A stretch of 62,200 bases of DNA, filler included, from Piptocephalis cylindrospora (Eukaryota): NCBI GenBank assembly GCA_003614145.1. It is 15 parts of 15 records of this genome, joined end to end, with 100 filler letters (N's around TTAATTAATTAA, not from the genome) between each part and the next. Parts side by side here need not be neighbours in the genome. Positions count along the whole stretch, not along the records: positions 8,434 to 12,531 come from KZ988570.1; positions 12,632 to 16,719 come from KZ988571.1; positions 16,820 to 20,907 come from KZ988572.1; positions 21,008 to 25,073 come from KZ988573.1; positions 25,174 to 29,232 come from KZ988574.1; 10 more parts are not named here. One strand, 5' to 3'. Shown piece by piece: positions 10,457 to 26,213 of this stretch. Position 1 is the first letter of the stretch. Every line of letters begins with the position of its first letter. The notes below the pieces were generated by a model that was not told the DNA's origin, ran no database searches, and worked only from the letters and a program-made list of their open reading frames with translations. Both the position numbers and the translations under genes were made by a program.

Positions 10457-11356
10457 GTAGGATGGTATGGATGGGGTGACCCTAGTCATCAAGGAGGAAT
10501 GAGAGGGGGAGGGGGGAGGGCATGGACGGAGGAGGATGCGTCCCCTCCTCTCTCTAACTCTTGATGTTTGGAGGTGAGCAAAGGTGGTAAAGGCCAGTCA
10601 TGGTGGTTTGTACAGGCGTGCGCCTGGAAACGATCCTGTTAAGGATCCAGTGCATGGTGGGAGGATGAAGTTTACTTGTGTCACCGGCGGTAGATGCGTA
10701 TAGGTGTCGTGTCTGTCTGTGTGTGTGTGTGTGTATGTCTGGATGCATTGCTGATGATGGTGGTTGGATCGTCAATTTCTTGTTCCTTTCTCCCTCGTTC
10801 TCTCAAATCCCCTCTTGCCCTCTATGTATATCGACATCGTCTCTTCTTTTTTTTTCTCGTTCCCTCACTCGTCTTCTCCCCGCTCCGCCCCACCCTCTCC
10901 CTCTCTCTCTCTCTCTCTTTCTTTTTCTCTCTCTTGGTCAGCCATCTGGTGGATATAAAGCCCATCTTATTTTTACCCCGTGGATTCATCTCTTTTTTCT
11001 GTTGTTTAAGTAATGATCACAAGGTATCACACATTCCCTCGGACCATCGTCGTGTTAGAGATCTATTGAATGCAATACAAATGCCTCCTCTCTCTTTCTC
11101 TCGTTGAGCTTTTCCCTAAATGCAGCCAATTTTTCAAAATCTCATCGTCATCGGAATTTTTGCCGTTTCATCCGTGTGTCATGGGATGGCTAATAATACC
11201 CCCATCACCCTCTCTCGGACTTACTAGTACAGATAGGAGGTCTTTGTAAGGAGGATGGCGTGGACAAAAAGGCAGGGGGGAGACGCGGTCAGAGGGCCTC
11301 TTCCTCGTTTCTTTCCTTCTTCCCCACCTCCTCCACCTCCTTCATCCTTTCCCACC

Positions 11357-12322
11357 ATGCGGCTTCTCGCTCCCTTCTCTGTCGTGCCATTTCTCCTCCT
11401 CCTCCTCATCCCCACGGCCGCCCAGGCCTCGGTGGGAGACCGTAGCTTTGCGTACCGAGACTGCGTAGACAAGTGTATGGTGCAAGAGTGTGGTCCACGC
11501 CATGAACATGACCTTCCGGTGATTCTTCAACTCCTGCGGTGGAGTTGCCCAGAAAATTGTGAATATGGGTGTACGCATCGGGACACCGCAGATAGATTGG
11601 AACGCGGGGATCCTGTGGTGCAATACTACGGTAAATGGCCATTTACCCGTCTGGTCGGGATGCAGGAACCCGCCTCGGTCCTCTTCTCCCTCCTTAATGG
11701 TCTAGGTCACTGGGTGCATCGAAAGCAGGTCCTGGCTATCCCCACGAGCTACTATCTTCAGCCCCTCATTCTCGGCTACTTTATCGTTGGTCTCAACACC
11801 TGGATCTGGTCCACCATCTTCCATATGCGTGACACATCCCTGACGGAGAAGCTCGATTACTTTTCCGCCGGCCTCGCCGTTCTGTACGCCACTTACCTCA
11901 CTCTCTGCCGGCTTCTCCGTCTGGGTTCACGTGGTCAGCGTAGGCTGGCCGTGGCCCTCATTCCCCTCTACCTCTTCCACATTGGCTATCTTGGTCTCTC
12001 CAACAGCTTTGACTATGGCTACAACATGACCGCCAATGTCATCGTCGGCCTTATCCACAATCTCCTGTGGCTCACATGGTCCTTCACCAACCGAAACCGT
12101 CTTCCCTACGCCTGGATCCCGGCCGTTGGCGTGGTCGCCATTACCATGGCCATGTCCTTGGAACTTTTAGACTTTCCTCCTCTTGCCTGGGCTATCGATG
12201 CTCACTCCCTCTGGCACCTTGCCACCGTCCCTCTTGTCTGGCTATGGTACCGCTTCCTCCTGGCTGACACGGCCTGGGAGATGAGGAAGATCAGCCAAGC
12301 TCGGGAGTCCCTTGCTCTCTAG
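11357..12322 (+). CDS. PER1: Per1/PGAP3 GPI-remodelling protein
   Basis: Signal peptide then ASVGDR...C..C, WSC.ENC.Y.C, QYYGKWPF.R..GMQEPASVLFSLLN, WSTIFHMRD...TEKLDYFSA, FDYGYNM.AN, LELLDFPP..IDAHSLWH. Confidence 0.95.
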   Translation: MRLLAPFSVVPFLLLLLIPTAAQASVGDRSFAYRDCVDKCMVQECGPRHEHDLPVILQLLRWSCPENCEYGCTHRDTADRLERGDPVVQYYGKWPFTRLVGMQEPASVLFSLLNGLGHWVHRKQVLAIPTSYYLQPLILGYFIVGLNTWIWSTIFHMRDTSLTEKLDYFSAGLAVLYATYLTLCRLLRLGSRGQRRLAVALIPLYLFHIGYLGLSNSFDYGYNMTANVIVGLIHNLLWLTWSFTNRNRLPYAWIPAVGVVAITMAMSLELLDFPPLAWAIDAHSLWHLATVPLVWLWYRFLLADTAWEMRKISQARESLAL

Positions 12323-12430
12323 GCCCATGTGCCTCGAGTGCATAGAATGCTAAAGGATACAAATGCAGCATGTATGGTAGACAAATGGATTGGGTGGATG
12401 TGTATAGGAATGAAATCGGCCTACTATGCC

Positions 12431-12441
12431 TCCTCCTCCTC

Positions 12442-12489
<48 letters not shown>
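12431..12489. repeat. (CCT)n/(CT)n microsatellite
   Basis: Directly visible. Confidence 0.9.
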
Positions 12490-12492
<3 letters not shown>

Positions 12493-12631
12493 ATTTATTT
12501 TTTTCTATGGAGATGTTTTTGCTGGCAACTGNNNNNNNNNNNNNNNNNNNNNNNNNNNNNNNNNNNNNNNNNNNNTTAATTAATTAANNNNNNNNNNNNN
12601 NNNNNNNNNNNNNNNNNNNNNNNNNNNNNNN

Positions 12632-15600
12632 GTGAATGTGTGGCATTTCTGTAATTATCACGGAAAAGAGGGGCATTTCTGATATTATCTCTAATAATAA
12701 TAATAAACTTAGAGCAGGAAAAGGATGAAGAGAAAGCGGAATGGGGGAGAGAGTGGGAGAAAGAGTTTTATTATCGGGAAAAGTGCTGAAAAATGCAGAA
12801 AAGGATTCGCACAAATTATGTAGCGTTGGTGTGGAATACTGATTCATCCTTTGGGGCATATTGACGCTAGGGCTCATAGTATACATATGATATTGAGAAA
12901 AGTATCTTAATAGGGCCTCAATCTGGACACACTGTAAACTATTCGCCGTGATGTTTTAGTCAATCAGCACGCTATGTGCAAGGAAAGCTAGTGTATTTCA
13001 AATATGCAATTCCTTTTAGCGACTACTCTTCAACAGTGACATCCCCATCCAATATATATCAATTGAAAGTAAGCTCACTGTCTAATTCATAATTGTCGCT
13101 TCAGAGATATTGCTCGACCTAAAAATATCGTTAGATTAGATTAGTCCCTGCCTAGTGGGAATCCCATCCCCAAGTAAGGTTATGGCGGAAGCTACGCGCT
13201 TTTACCCATATCAAAATATATTCATGATATACAGGAGCTCTGCTCTCTACCCTTATTCAAATTCTGGTATGCGGCAGTGTTGGATTGTGTTTAATCAATT
13301 TGTTCGTAGCATTCCGCTGTAACTGCACACCCAAAACTGTAGTATATCTATAAAAATCATCCAGAACAGGAAGCTCGATATTATTATGAGTACGAATTAA
13401 CAGGTACCTATACCTGATAAATGCAGTATGTTGTCTTTGCTATAATAGTATCCGTAGCTTTGTCCTAAGTGGACCCAAAGCAAAGGGCAGCCTAGTTGCG
13501 AATTTAACCATATATTAAAAACCATTAACAGCCGTAATGCAACGAAAGGGCCATTATCATTTTTACATGGCATCTAGTACAGTAATCGGTTATGAGAATA
13601 GGTATACACCCCTCACACTGTTCTTTTCATACTCTGATTACGCGGTACATATATTTAAGATGCGTTTTCTGACAACTATACAGGACAAATACGTTATCCT
13701 TGCAATATAACCATATTCCACTATACTGAACTTGTGACAGTCCGTATAAAATGGATATATTCATCGAACAGAAAATATTTAGTATTTAACTAAAAGTTCT
13801 CACTTAGGCGGAATACTAAGCAGAGGTCCAGGTGTTTGAGATGATACATGTGAATTATAGTGAATTGAGCAGCAGCCACGTTGTTACAACCTTATAGATA
13901 GCCAGCGCTAACCCGGAACCGTTATATATTGTATCTTATATTGGCCCTCTGGGCAGTCTTCTAAGTTGGAAAGGGTTCTAATACGATACACTGATATAGT
14001 TTTGCTTCTCATGATATATAAGAACATTAGCTGTTTATTGCATAAACGACCTTATGGGCATTGCGAAGAACTCCAAGAAGATTGCTAATTGGATACTGAA
14101 TGTATCCTTGAAAGGCCGCATACGTAGCCAAGTATTTCAACCTTAGTAAACGTTTCAGATGTGATAGCTTAGGCGCCTTTATTAGGAATGTTCGAATGTT
14201 GGATATGAATAAGCGAGCTCTGACAAAATGCAGAGTGGACCTCTTCTACTTCAGTATGCATATATAAATCAGTCTGTCACTTCGATGATTAAATGCTAAT
14301 TTCCAAGGGATAACTTTTACATGAAGTATATACGGATGCGGCGAAAAGGGATAATAGCAATGTATGACCGATAAAGGTATTTATTTCCTAATTACTGCCA
14401 TTTTATTTAGTTACTGACTGCTAATAACAGGGGCTCTCGTTTGATTGTCTTTGGAAATATGTGCCTAAGGTGTGTAGAGAGGTATGTATACCAGAGGTGG
14501 GTGTGTCGTCTAAGGTATAGATATTGTTGGTAGCACTGTTGTTAATTACATGACTATCCCTTTAGTTAGCTTTAATAAAAGGTTATTAGGCTTTTCCAAT
14601 TGATAGCTTGGCTGCCGGTGGAATGGGAATGATTGAAGGCTTATGAGTATTATTATTGGCTTTTGAAGGCAACTGAGCTAAGATTTAGGGGTATATAATA
14701 AGTTGATTTACACTCATTCTATTTGGGCTTCAATGGCCGCCATCAAGTATGCACATCAGATCTATTACGACACCTTTATCCTGAGTATGTTATGTTACTT
14801 TCCTAGGCTACATCCATCCTTTTGGTTTACCTTTTATTTTTATGTTGTCGTTTCATTTATAGACACTATTTAGAGAGTAACGCTGATATTATGACCATTT
14901 TGATATCACCAATAGTGCAAACGTATGCAGCCTCCTGATCGATCATGTTTTCATAGCCTAATAGAGCCATGTTACGTAGAGGGCTTGCTTAATAGGTCCC
15001 TTTTGGACAGCAGATTGTCTCCTGATGTGTTTGATCGAACAGTGCTGTTGATTAAACGTCGAAGACATGGAGCTGGTTTGCTCAGGACACGTTGGAGCCA
15101 AGCTCAGTTGTACTACTATGCATGCCGAATACTATGCTAGTGACTTTCTTTAGTAATGAAATCCGCTCTAATTTTGCGGTGATTAGGGATAGTTATATCC
15201 GTACCTCTCTTGCATTATACATAAGCTCAGGGATAGCTTTTTCAATATATTAAACAATTTCCTACAAATGATACCGTATTAGGAAAGACACTATCCCATA
15301 TAATCTCTCTTGTCAATGTGAGCAATAATCAGATGTGACCGATAATTTGTATTAGTGGCGACATATGCTACATATTGAGTGCCATTTAGTTGGAGGTATT
15401 TCAAATAAAAGCACTGGGCTATATCCTTCCAATTAGTGCGGTTCTAAGCAATAATAGCCACTGTATGGCATCGTAGGAAACGGGCATATTCTCATGCAAG
15501 ACGTATTGTATGCTTTAAAGAGCTGTTCTTAATAGGTATGCTTGCAGCAAAGGATGGTATCGTTATATTTCAGTATAATCGGGTTGATAAACTCCATGAT

Positions 15601-16719
15601 TTCTTACCAGTTTGGATTAAATAATATCGCGTAATCAGGCCTTTCCTAAATAGTTATATATCGGATAGTAGGAGTACCGCGACTGCAAATATATCCTCGA
15701 TTCAACAATTGAGTTAATTCTTGCAGGGCTTGTTTAGAGTGCATTGTCATGAACGCATAGCAATTAGGCCACCTACACTACGTTCAGAGATGAAGCAATG
15801 AGCATCGGCACATGCCACAGCGACCAAAGGGCAGCATATATATAGGGACGTCTCCCCCCGAGCATTGCTGCAGTGCAATGCTTCATCTTGGCTCTAGGGA
15901 AGCTTTGAATGCGATATATGACAGAAAGGCGAGAAACTGATTTGTATTAAACCCTATCCCCCTTCATATAGTAGCACAACCTCGCTCCTTATCTCGTTCT
16001 AAGAAACACATCCCCTAAACGTGGTACTAGTACTTCGCCCCAGCTAATAATAATAAAAATAACATCAATCTCAGCTGATTAATGGAATTATAGACCTTGA
16101 TACCACTTTGACGCTGATAACCAGCCTATCGTAGCACCTTGACTTAAATGCTCTCTAATATCAACGTACCCTGAGCATATTGCGCCCGCATATTAACGAG
16201 GCCTTCTGCGGATGACAACGAATATAGCATTTCGGAAGGTAATTCAGATCATTTAATTCACCAGCATGCTTTGGGATATATGCAGACACATAATTTTGGC
16301 TTGGTGGCCGTCCATAAAATACGGTGGAAACGACAGAGGTATGCTTGCCTAGCAGTGGACTAAGGTAAAGAGGACCGTACCGTTGCGCTCGCTCATCCCG
16401 TGTCCTCCCCACATTCAATACCTCTTGACCCATATTTCGCGCTTCTAGCTGACCTTTGATCTGTTCAATTGGAACTAACTTGAAAGCAGGCTTCTGGGAA
16501 GCCTCTGCTAATTTTTAAAAGAAAAGAATATTGACTGCATTCCCCGATGGATTGTCACTTTCAGCGGTTTCAATATCTATATGGAATGCATATAGTTAGC
16601 CCAACCAGAATAATATAGAAAGGGACCATGCAATCAGGTAGAACATGACATTATCCTTCCTGTAAGGCGGCTATGGCAGATGATCCATGTATAGGTTGTC
16701 CTCTAACAATTTAGCTGCC
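12632..16719. other. AT-rich contig without recognisable genes
   Basis: No ORF above about 100 aa. By eye roughly 38-40% GC against about 50% or more elsewhere, and it lacks the CT/GA microsatellite style except in its first 200 bp. Confidence 0.75.
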
Positions 16720-17576
16720 NNNNNNNNNNNNNNNNNNNNNNNNNNNNNNNNNNNNNNNNNNNNTTAATTAATTAANNNNNNNNNNNNNNNNNNNNNNNNN
16801 NNNNNNNNNNNNNNNNNNNCTATGGGGCAAGCTTAGATGAGCTCTTTGCAAGGTCGTACTATCACACGACGCGTTCTACTTACTGGAACTCCTCCAAGTT
16901 TACTCGTGTACACGTCCACATCGTCAGACGGATCCATGGCTCCATCAGAAAAGCCCAACAGGACTGGGCCTGTCTGTGGCTTAGCTAGGGGGCAGGAATG
17001 ACCCTAAGAAATTATACTTTACAGCACATGCCTCAACTCTTACCTTGACCCTTTCCTTTCTTTGACCTTGACTTTTTCTGTTTCTTTCCTTCGACAGACA
17101 TTTGCAGAGATTAAATGGCGTTCAAGATAAATGAATGATGTGAGAAGTAGAGAAAAGCCAATTGGGAAAGGATAAAAGAAAAACTATCCCCCCACTATAT
17201 CTTTAGCCTTACTCGGTCTCACCTCCAAATGGGTGTGTGGCTAGCACAGACGATCGGTTCATGACACAGAGAGATGGCACGTTTCATGTTTTGGTCAAGC
17301 GACCGTATAAGCCATCCACTTGACGAATAATACTCAGCGCTCTCATCGAAAAAGGTATATCAAAAGGGCTTCATCATCTGCTTTTATCAAGTAAGCATCT
17401 ACCCAAGAAAGAAAAATGATATCAAGACCTTTCCATATGGATACGACGTGCGTTTATACTTTCTTCATGCCCTCCACTACCATACTCAAGGACCTTCTCC
17501 CTCCACACCACGCGTGACCTATCATCCTGGGTCGAGGGACGATTTTTTCAATCCCGGAACCATCTAGATGTCATTC

Positions 17577-19850
<2,274 letters not shown>

Positions 19851-20670
19851 GGTGTAGAAAAAGGAAGCAGACGGGGACAAGGGGATTAGGCGGTGTGTTG
19901 GTATGAGAGGGGATGCCGTTTGGAACGAGCACTGGATGGGGGATCATGGGCTTTAGGAGATGCCTGGATGACCAATATTAGAAAGAGTGAGTATGGCAAA
20001 GAAGAAAGAGACGGTAAAATGGCTAATGAGTGAGGTTAACATTATCAAAGAGAAATGTATATGTATGCTCAAACCGCTCATATCTTAGTGATTAGCCGAC
20101 TCCCAGCCTGATCGAGGATCCGAGCTTGATATCCAACGGATCAAGCGTTTTCAGCGAGACCGGAATTGGCTTCTAATTCAGGCGATCGTGCCGCCCTGGA
20201 TTTGAATGGGCACGGTAAGGAGGATATAAATAGAAAAATCATATATTTTTTGGGGCCTCCACACTCGGTTTAACTATTGCAGAGTTCCCCCGGTAAAGAA
20301 GAGATTGAAGTACGCTTATTCGATAAATTAGAGACTGTTTGGCGTCTTACTCAATTCCATCGCATTTAAGCCCCTCCTACACACTTTCTCCGAGCCTCTT
20401 CGTTTGGCACTACATTGCACACCGCCCCTCACTCTCACATACACACACAATGTGGAGAAGGTCGGAGTGAGCAGGGTGGAGTTGCTGGGCCTATCCCGTA
20501 TTGCCCCCTCAGTAACACATCGCCTGGCCACTGTACGCCAAGTAGCCAAGCCTGTACAGGACATGTACAAGCAGTGGATGTGGCCACTAAATTGCCCACT
20601 CCTCCCACGTCCCTTTCCTTCTCCCACACCATCCTCTCGTCCCCAGCTCTTTGCCGTACCATCCCCATCT

Positions 20671-20770
20671 TCCCCCCCCCCCCCCCCCCCCCTCCCCCCC
20701 CCTCCCCCCCCCCCTCCCTTTTTTTTTCAACCCTTTCCCCCTTTTTTTCTTCCCCCCCATTCCCCCCCCC
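20671..20770. repeat. Poly-C/poly-T low-complexity tract
   Basis: Directly visible. Confidence 0.85.
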
Positions 20771-23700
20771 CTCTTCACTTTCCCCGCCACACCCAACACC
20801 CCACGAGCCAAAGGACCGGTGGTATGCTTCAGATAACGAGGAAAGTAAAGAGGGTATAAAGGACAGCTGGAATATGATTTCTTCGGAAGAGGAGGAGGAG
20901 GAGGAGGNNNNNNNNNNNNNNNNNNNNNNNNNNNNNNNNNNNNNNNNNNNNTTAATTAATTAANNNNNNNNNNNNNNNNNNNNNNNNNNNNNNNNNNNNN
21001 NNNNNNNGAAGGAGGCAGAGGGAGAAGGGGGAAAAGAGGTGGAAAGCCCTGAAGGGGAAGAGGAAAGAAGAAAGCTATACAGCAAGAGGAGAGCGAGAGG
21101 GACAGTCGAGAAGACTGATGTTTTTTTGTTCTTTGTAGGCTGAAAGATGGGGATGGAAAGGGAGATTGGAAGGGAAAAGGAGGGTTTTGAGGAACTGGAA
21201 AAGAAATTAAAAGAGGGGGAAGGAAGGAAAGAAGGAAGGAAAAGCAAGGCAAGGAAGTGGGAAAGGGGAGGAGGGGAGGGAGGAGGTAAAAGAATGAACC
21301 TAATGAACCAACGACACTGACCTTTTTATCCTAATGGGCAAGAGGGTGATGGGTCGAGATGGAGCTGGACTAGACCAGGGTGGAGTGGAGTCAAGCCGGA
21401 TTTGGGTTAAGAAGGCGCTGGGACAAAAACCCAATGAGTCACAGAGTAATAGGTAGGAATTGAATTCACGAGATGGGGTAGCGATGGACCCTGAGACGTG
21501 TGATGAGAAGATGCGGGAAGGTAAGGTTTCCGATGTACGTGTGTGTGCTTACAAGGATCGACACTACAGGATCTGATGGGGAGGGGAATATGAGGAAGGG
21601 TGGGAGGGGAGGAGCGGAGAGGAAAGCAAGTCCGGGAAATATCTAGAGGCAGTTTTTATTCCGATAGATGAGGGGTCTGGATGGCGTGCCTGCTTCTCTC
21701 AGCTCTCGGTTGAGATTTTTGTTGAGTTACAAGGGGTCGATAGAGTGGCCGTTCATTTCATTGTTCTAGGGCCCATCTCTCCGTCCTGGCACTTCTTGTA
21801 TCCCGTTGTATGGGCCTGGAGAGTGACCAAAAATAGATGAGGACAGTCTCCACGTCGACTGGTCCCGTCCTTTTTTTTATTGTGTGAGGAACGGATGGGA
21901 GAGGCGCATTGGCCTTTGGAAATAGCCGAGGACGAGGGGGAGTTGGAGATGGGAGGAGGGAGTTGGAGCCGTGGGAGGGACCAGGAGAGATCAGGACAAT
22001 GGGAGGGGTTACACAGACATACACCTGTCTGGCCAAGCCTTTCCCAGCCTTACCCTACATTGCTTTACCTCACGTCGTCTAGTCTAGGTTGTCCATGCAC
22101 CTTATTCAAGCACTTTACGGTGTGTCTGTGTATGTGTGCGTTTGTGTCCGGATCTGAGTATGTGCGATTGTGAAATGGGGTAATCCCCCTCTCCCCCCTT
22201 TCTCCGGCGGCATGGATAAGGGTTCTCAGGGTGAGATGGTTTAAAGGCTCTCAGGGTGGTGTGATTAAGCAATGAATGAATAGGAGCCATCCCTCACAGA
22301 AGAATGAGTAGAGTATGGGGGATTGAAGTGAAGTGGTGTAGGATGGGATGGGATGGGATGAGTAAGGTTAGAGGATGTGCGCTTTGTATGGGTCATGACG
22401 CCGTCCCTCTCGTCTCTGGTCTTTGGACCGCTACTCCCTCCAAACTCCTCCTTCACATCCAAGCCCAGCCAGTCATGAGCATACACACATCCACCCCCTG
22501 GGAGTGTGTATGAATCGCATGCCTGGGAGGAGGAAGGAGGAGTGGTCCAACGTATAAGAGGAGAGATGATGCATAGAGAGAGGGAAGAAGTGATACAATG
22601 CCTGGTTGGTGGGCCGAGTGAGCGCCTGGGAGACCAGGAAAGCGCTGAGCCGCGTGGTGAAAGGTGTGGGAGTATTTTACCTCTCGCTGCTGGGCAAGAG
22701 GAATATGCAGGGCCAATCCATTCGATACGTTACGCGCTAGTCGCTGACTCGGGGAAATAATGGGGAGGAGCTAGAGGGCGGAGGACCCAGACGCTCCCTT
22801 CAGTGTATAGGATATATTGGATTGGGACACTGGTTATTCCCATCAGTAAGGTCATTCCCCTGTCCTCACGAGAGAGCATCGCGTTTCCCAGATGCATTCA
22901 TCCCAGCTGGATAGGAAGGATGTTTCATCCTTATCCTCTCTGAGAATAGAGGAGGTTGTCAATGGAAGGAGTAGGATGGTGATGTGTCTATTCATCATCA
23001 TGTGGGCCAGAGTGGGTTTGAGAGGCACATGGAGGGCGGGGGAGTGTATGCATCTATGCGAGTGTCGTGGGCAGTAGGCGCATGTCAGGGAAAAAGGATA
23101 TCTGGGTGGTGTACGCACGCTGGAGCTAGAAAAAGAAACCTGAGCCATTGGGTCTAGTGCATACAGAGGAAGCATATTGCATGCCAGGACACAGAAGGTA
23201 GATGCCCCATACATCACTCGTCCTAGACCCTCCTCTCTCTCTCGCGTGTGCATGTCCAAGTGCAGTGGCGTGGGAAGATGCGCGTGGCACAAGGAGGTAT
23301 CATCTCTCCCCCTCGGGTAAACGATGGAGGAGGTAGATGCATGGTCAAGGATAGCGGATGAAACCTTGAGATTCATGTCGAAGCTGGGAAATCAATTTTT
23401 CGAATCAATCTGATGTCATTTTAGAATGGTTTTGAGGCGCTTATTCCCGCTAAAATCGATATAGAGGAAGAGCAAAAAACGTTCTTGGCCATGGGTTCTA
23501 TGTCCAAGGATCCGAATGTAAGGCCAGCACATATTCACTCTACTTCCTCTGTGTAGAAGGATGGCCTGGAGTGCATTTTCTTCGCTTCTAAATGAATTAG
23601 CCTACGGGAGAATATACATCCAAGACTCCGTGATCGTGTAGAATGGAGGGTTGATTAGGAGAATCCGCTAATCAGGTCGTTCTATAGTGTCAATAGGGAG

Positions 23701-24423
23701 CACACACCTTTTTGTCACACCTTACAGATGTCAAGGAGGCGGAATAGAGTGGTATATGTCCCTGTCTGTTTTTCTTTCTTTCTTTCTTTCTTTCTCTCTC
23801 TGCTAGCACTACTGTTCAGGTTTACCCCTAAATCACCAGCGTTCGTTTAATCATCCCTTTCTATTTCCGGCCCTGGTTTCCGATATAATCTGCGGACACA
23901 AAAACTAATGCACCCTGAGTCATTCGCCTCTTCTCCTAGCCCGATTCATCTCAAGGGGCCGTCATCCGGGCATCATTTTCCATCTCCGATACCCACCTCC
24001 CCTCCTCCCACCCACTATAAGTCAACCTGGTAGGAAGGAGCCCATGAGAGCTCCGATATTCAGGACCAGGAGGACGCACACATAGAGAGGTGGGCGGAGT
24101 GTGAAACCCCCAGGAGGAGATGATTCTGTGTCTCACTCTATCCACACACACACACATACACACCATGTTACTCCACCACTCTCACTCCCACCCTGCTCAT
24201 CCGGTTTCTTCCTAATCCTTCCTTCTTCATCCCTCCTCATCCACTCCTGGAATCTCTTGTTCTCCTCCTTCTCCTCCTCCTCCTCTTCCTCCTCTTCCCC
24301 CTCCTCCTCCTCTCCCTTCCCACACACACAACCCACACACCACTACGCCTTGACGGTCCATCCCCTCCACCCATCTCTCATCGTTACACACATCTCTTTC
24401 CTCCTCCATCCTATCCTAGTACC

Positions 24424-25073
24424 ATGTCCAATTCAAAGGACTGGGAAGAGGATCTGGACGCCACGGCCCCTTCCTCCCCCGTCTCCCCCTTTCACGTCAG
24501 GCAGTCCTTGGCCTTTCTTCAATCTACCGCCGGGCTTGAGCCGCTGCTTTGGCCTTCCTCCCCCGGAAAGGATCCTCGAAACTCCGAGGGAAGACCCCCT
24601 CCCTCCCCCGTCTCCCCTCACTCCCCTGCCTCTGCTACCTACGAAGCCTTTGATTCAGTATTCAGTGCTTATGGTTTAGAGGAGGAGGATGACAACCTGG
24701 AGGAGCCGGAGGAGGAAGAAAGTCTAATTCATGCCATTGAAGCAGCCCTCATTGCCGAAAACCTCGGTGGCCTTAGCCCAAGTCCTAGTCTGGACGACAT
24801 GGGTGACAAGGCTTCGTATGCCCCTCCCGCCCCTCCTAGCGTAAAGATTATTTCAAAGTCTTCGGCATCGAAATCTTCCCCTCCAACATCAACTTCCCCT
24901 CCTCCATCATCAAAATCATCTTCAATCTCCTCCTACTCCAAAAGATCCCGTGGATTTACAAAGCCCATCCCTCCCTCTCTTATCCCACCCCCCCCATCAA
25001 GGGCCCCTCCTCCCCCGGTCCTTCACATTGATGGTCTGACTGAGGCCTCGGAATGCCTCTCAGATGCCCTCGC
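24424..25073 (+). CDS. Hypothetical Ser/Pro-rich protein, 5' part (truncated at contig end)
   Basis: ATG in ACCATG context after a long CT-rich leader; frame open to the linker; no family recognised. Confidence 0.65.
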
Positions 25074-26213
25074 NNNNNNNNNNNNNNNNNNNNNNNNNNN
25101 NNNNNNNNNNNNNNNNNTTAATTAATTAANNNNNNNNNNNNNNNNNNNNNNNNNNNNNNNNNNNNNNNNNNNNTGGGGTGATTCCGGTGGGCCACTGTGC
25201 CAGATTGCAATACATTATATACCTCTTTAAAAAAATTTAGCCACACTAGCTCCTATTCCATGCAGTCCACTCTCACATCGCTTGTGAGAACCATACATGT
25301 CAGTGAAGGGGTGCGTCCTGGAATGAGCCCCCCCTCCCCCCTCCTAGTTAGTCATCCACATGCCTCCTGCAAGGAGATAATCACCCGATCATGGACGAGG
25401 AGAGATGCGACCTTTTCTTCTACAAGGATGTGTTAAACTCACCATACAATGGGTCGAGAAAAAGGACATAGTGTGTATATTGTCAGTTTAGGAAAGAAAA
25501 GGACATAGAGGAATCAACCCCTACCGCCCCATATCATCCCGTGCACAAGGGCATATCCCTTAGACGAAAAAGGATGGGACCCGCCCCTCCTCGCCGTTCA
25601 TCCCAATGGTTGGGGAGGCTGCCACGGACCAGGCGGTCAGTAGGAGGGCAAAGAGGGTGATGGTCGGAAGGGTGGAGGAGGCAGACAGGGACATGGTGGC
25701 TGGGACGGGTTGGGGGGGCTTGGAGATGGGTGGGAGAAGGCTATAGGTGGGCGGGCAAAAGGCGGAAAGGGAGAGGGGGAGAGAAGAAGGGGTGGGAGGG
25801 TGAATCTCCAGATCACTACCTGCCTCCTAAGGCTCTCACCTTATATCCAAGAGATTCGGGCTCCGACCTCTCCTCCGACACCTGATGCTTTAGAGTCCGA
25901 CGTCCCGGACCCTTCCATATGGAAGCTTTAGGACGACCAAGCACTCCTTTGTCCCATGACTCCACCCGGCCAAATGAGCGTCGAGGGGAAGCAGTGTTGT
26001 ATTGACAGAGAATAAAGGGAGAAGAGAGCATGAAGACTGTAGCAGCATGGACACAGAGCGAAAGGAGAGCACGGAGACTGCATTCACAGAGAAAGAAAGG
26101 ACAACACGACAGCAACATCCCCACCACGCTCATTCGTTAGGGGAGACACGAAGAAGCTGACGTGCACACACATGCACACACAGACACAAAGACACACATG
26201 AACACAAAATCAC

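Noticed and set aside
13180..14700. Frames in the AT-rich contig that stay open for about 90-135 codons if TAA/TAG are read as Gln (alternative genetic code or RIP-like decay)
   Set aside because: Such TGA-free lengths are expected by chance at this composition, the translations resemble no protein family, and they occur on both strands.
15788..15888. Inverted repeat AGATGAAGCA...TGCTTCATCT with a nearby AGCATTGC/GCAATGCT hairpin
   Set aside because: Short stems, no recognisable ncRNA boxes or terminal-repeat/TSD structure; compatible with chance.
20404..20907. Pro-rich ORFs over poly-C tracts (also 8117-8389) and HT/CV-repeat ORFs at 52421-52795
   Set aside because: Translations of homopolymer or microsatellite DNA with no coding evidence.
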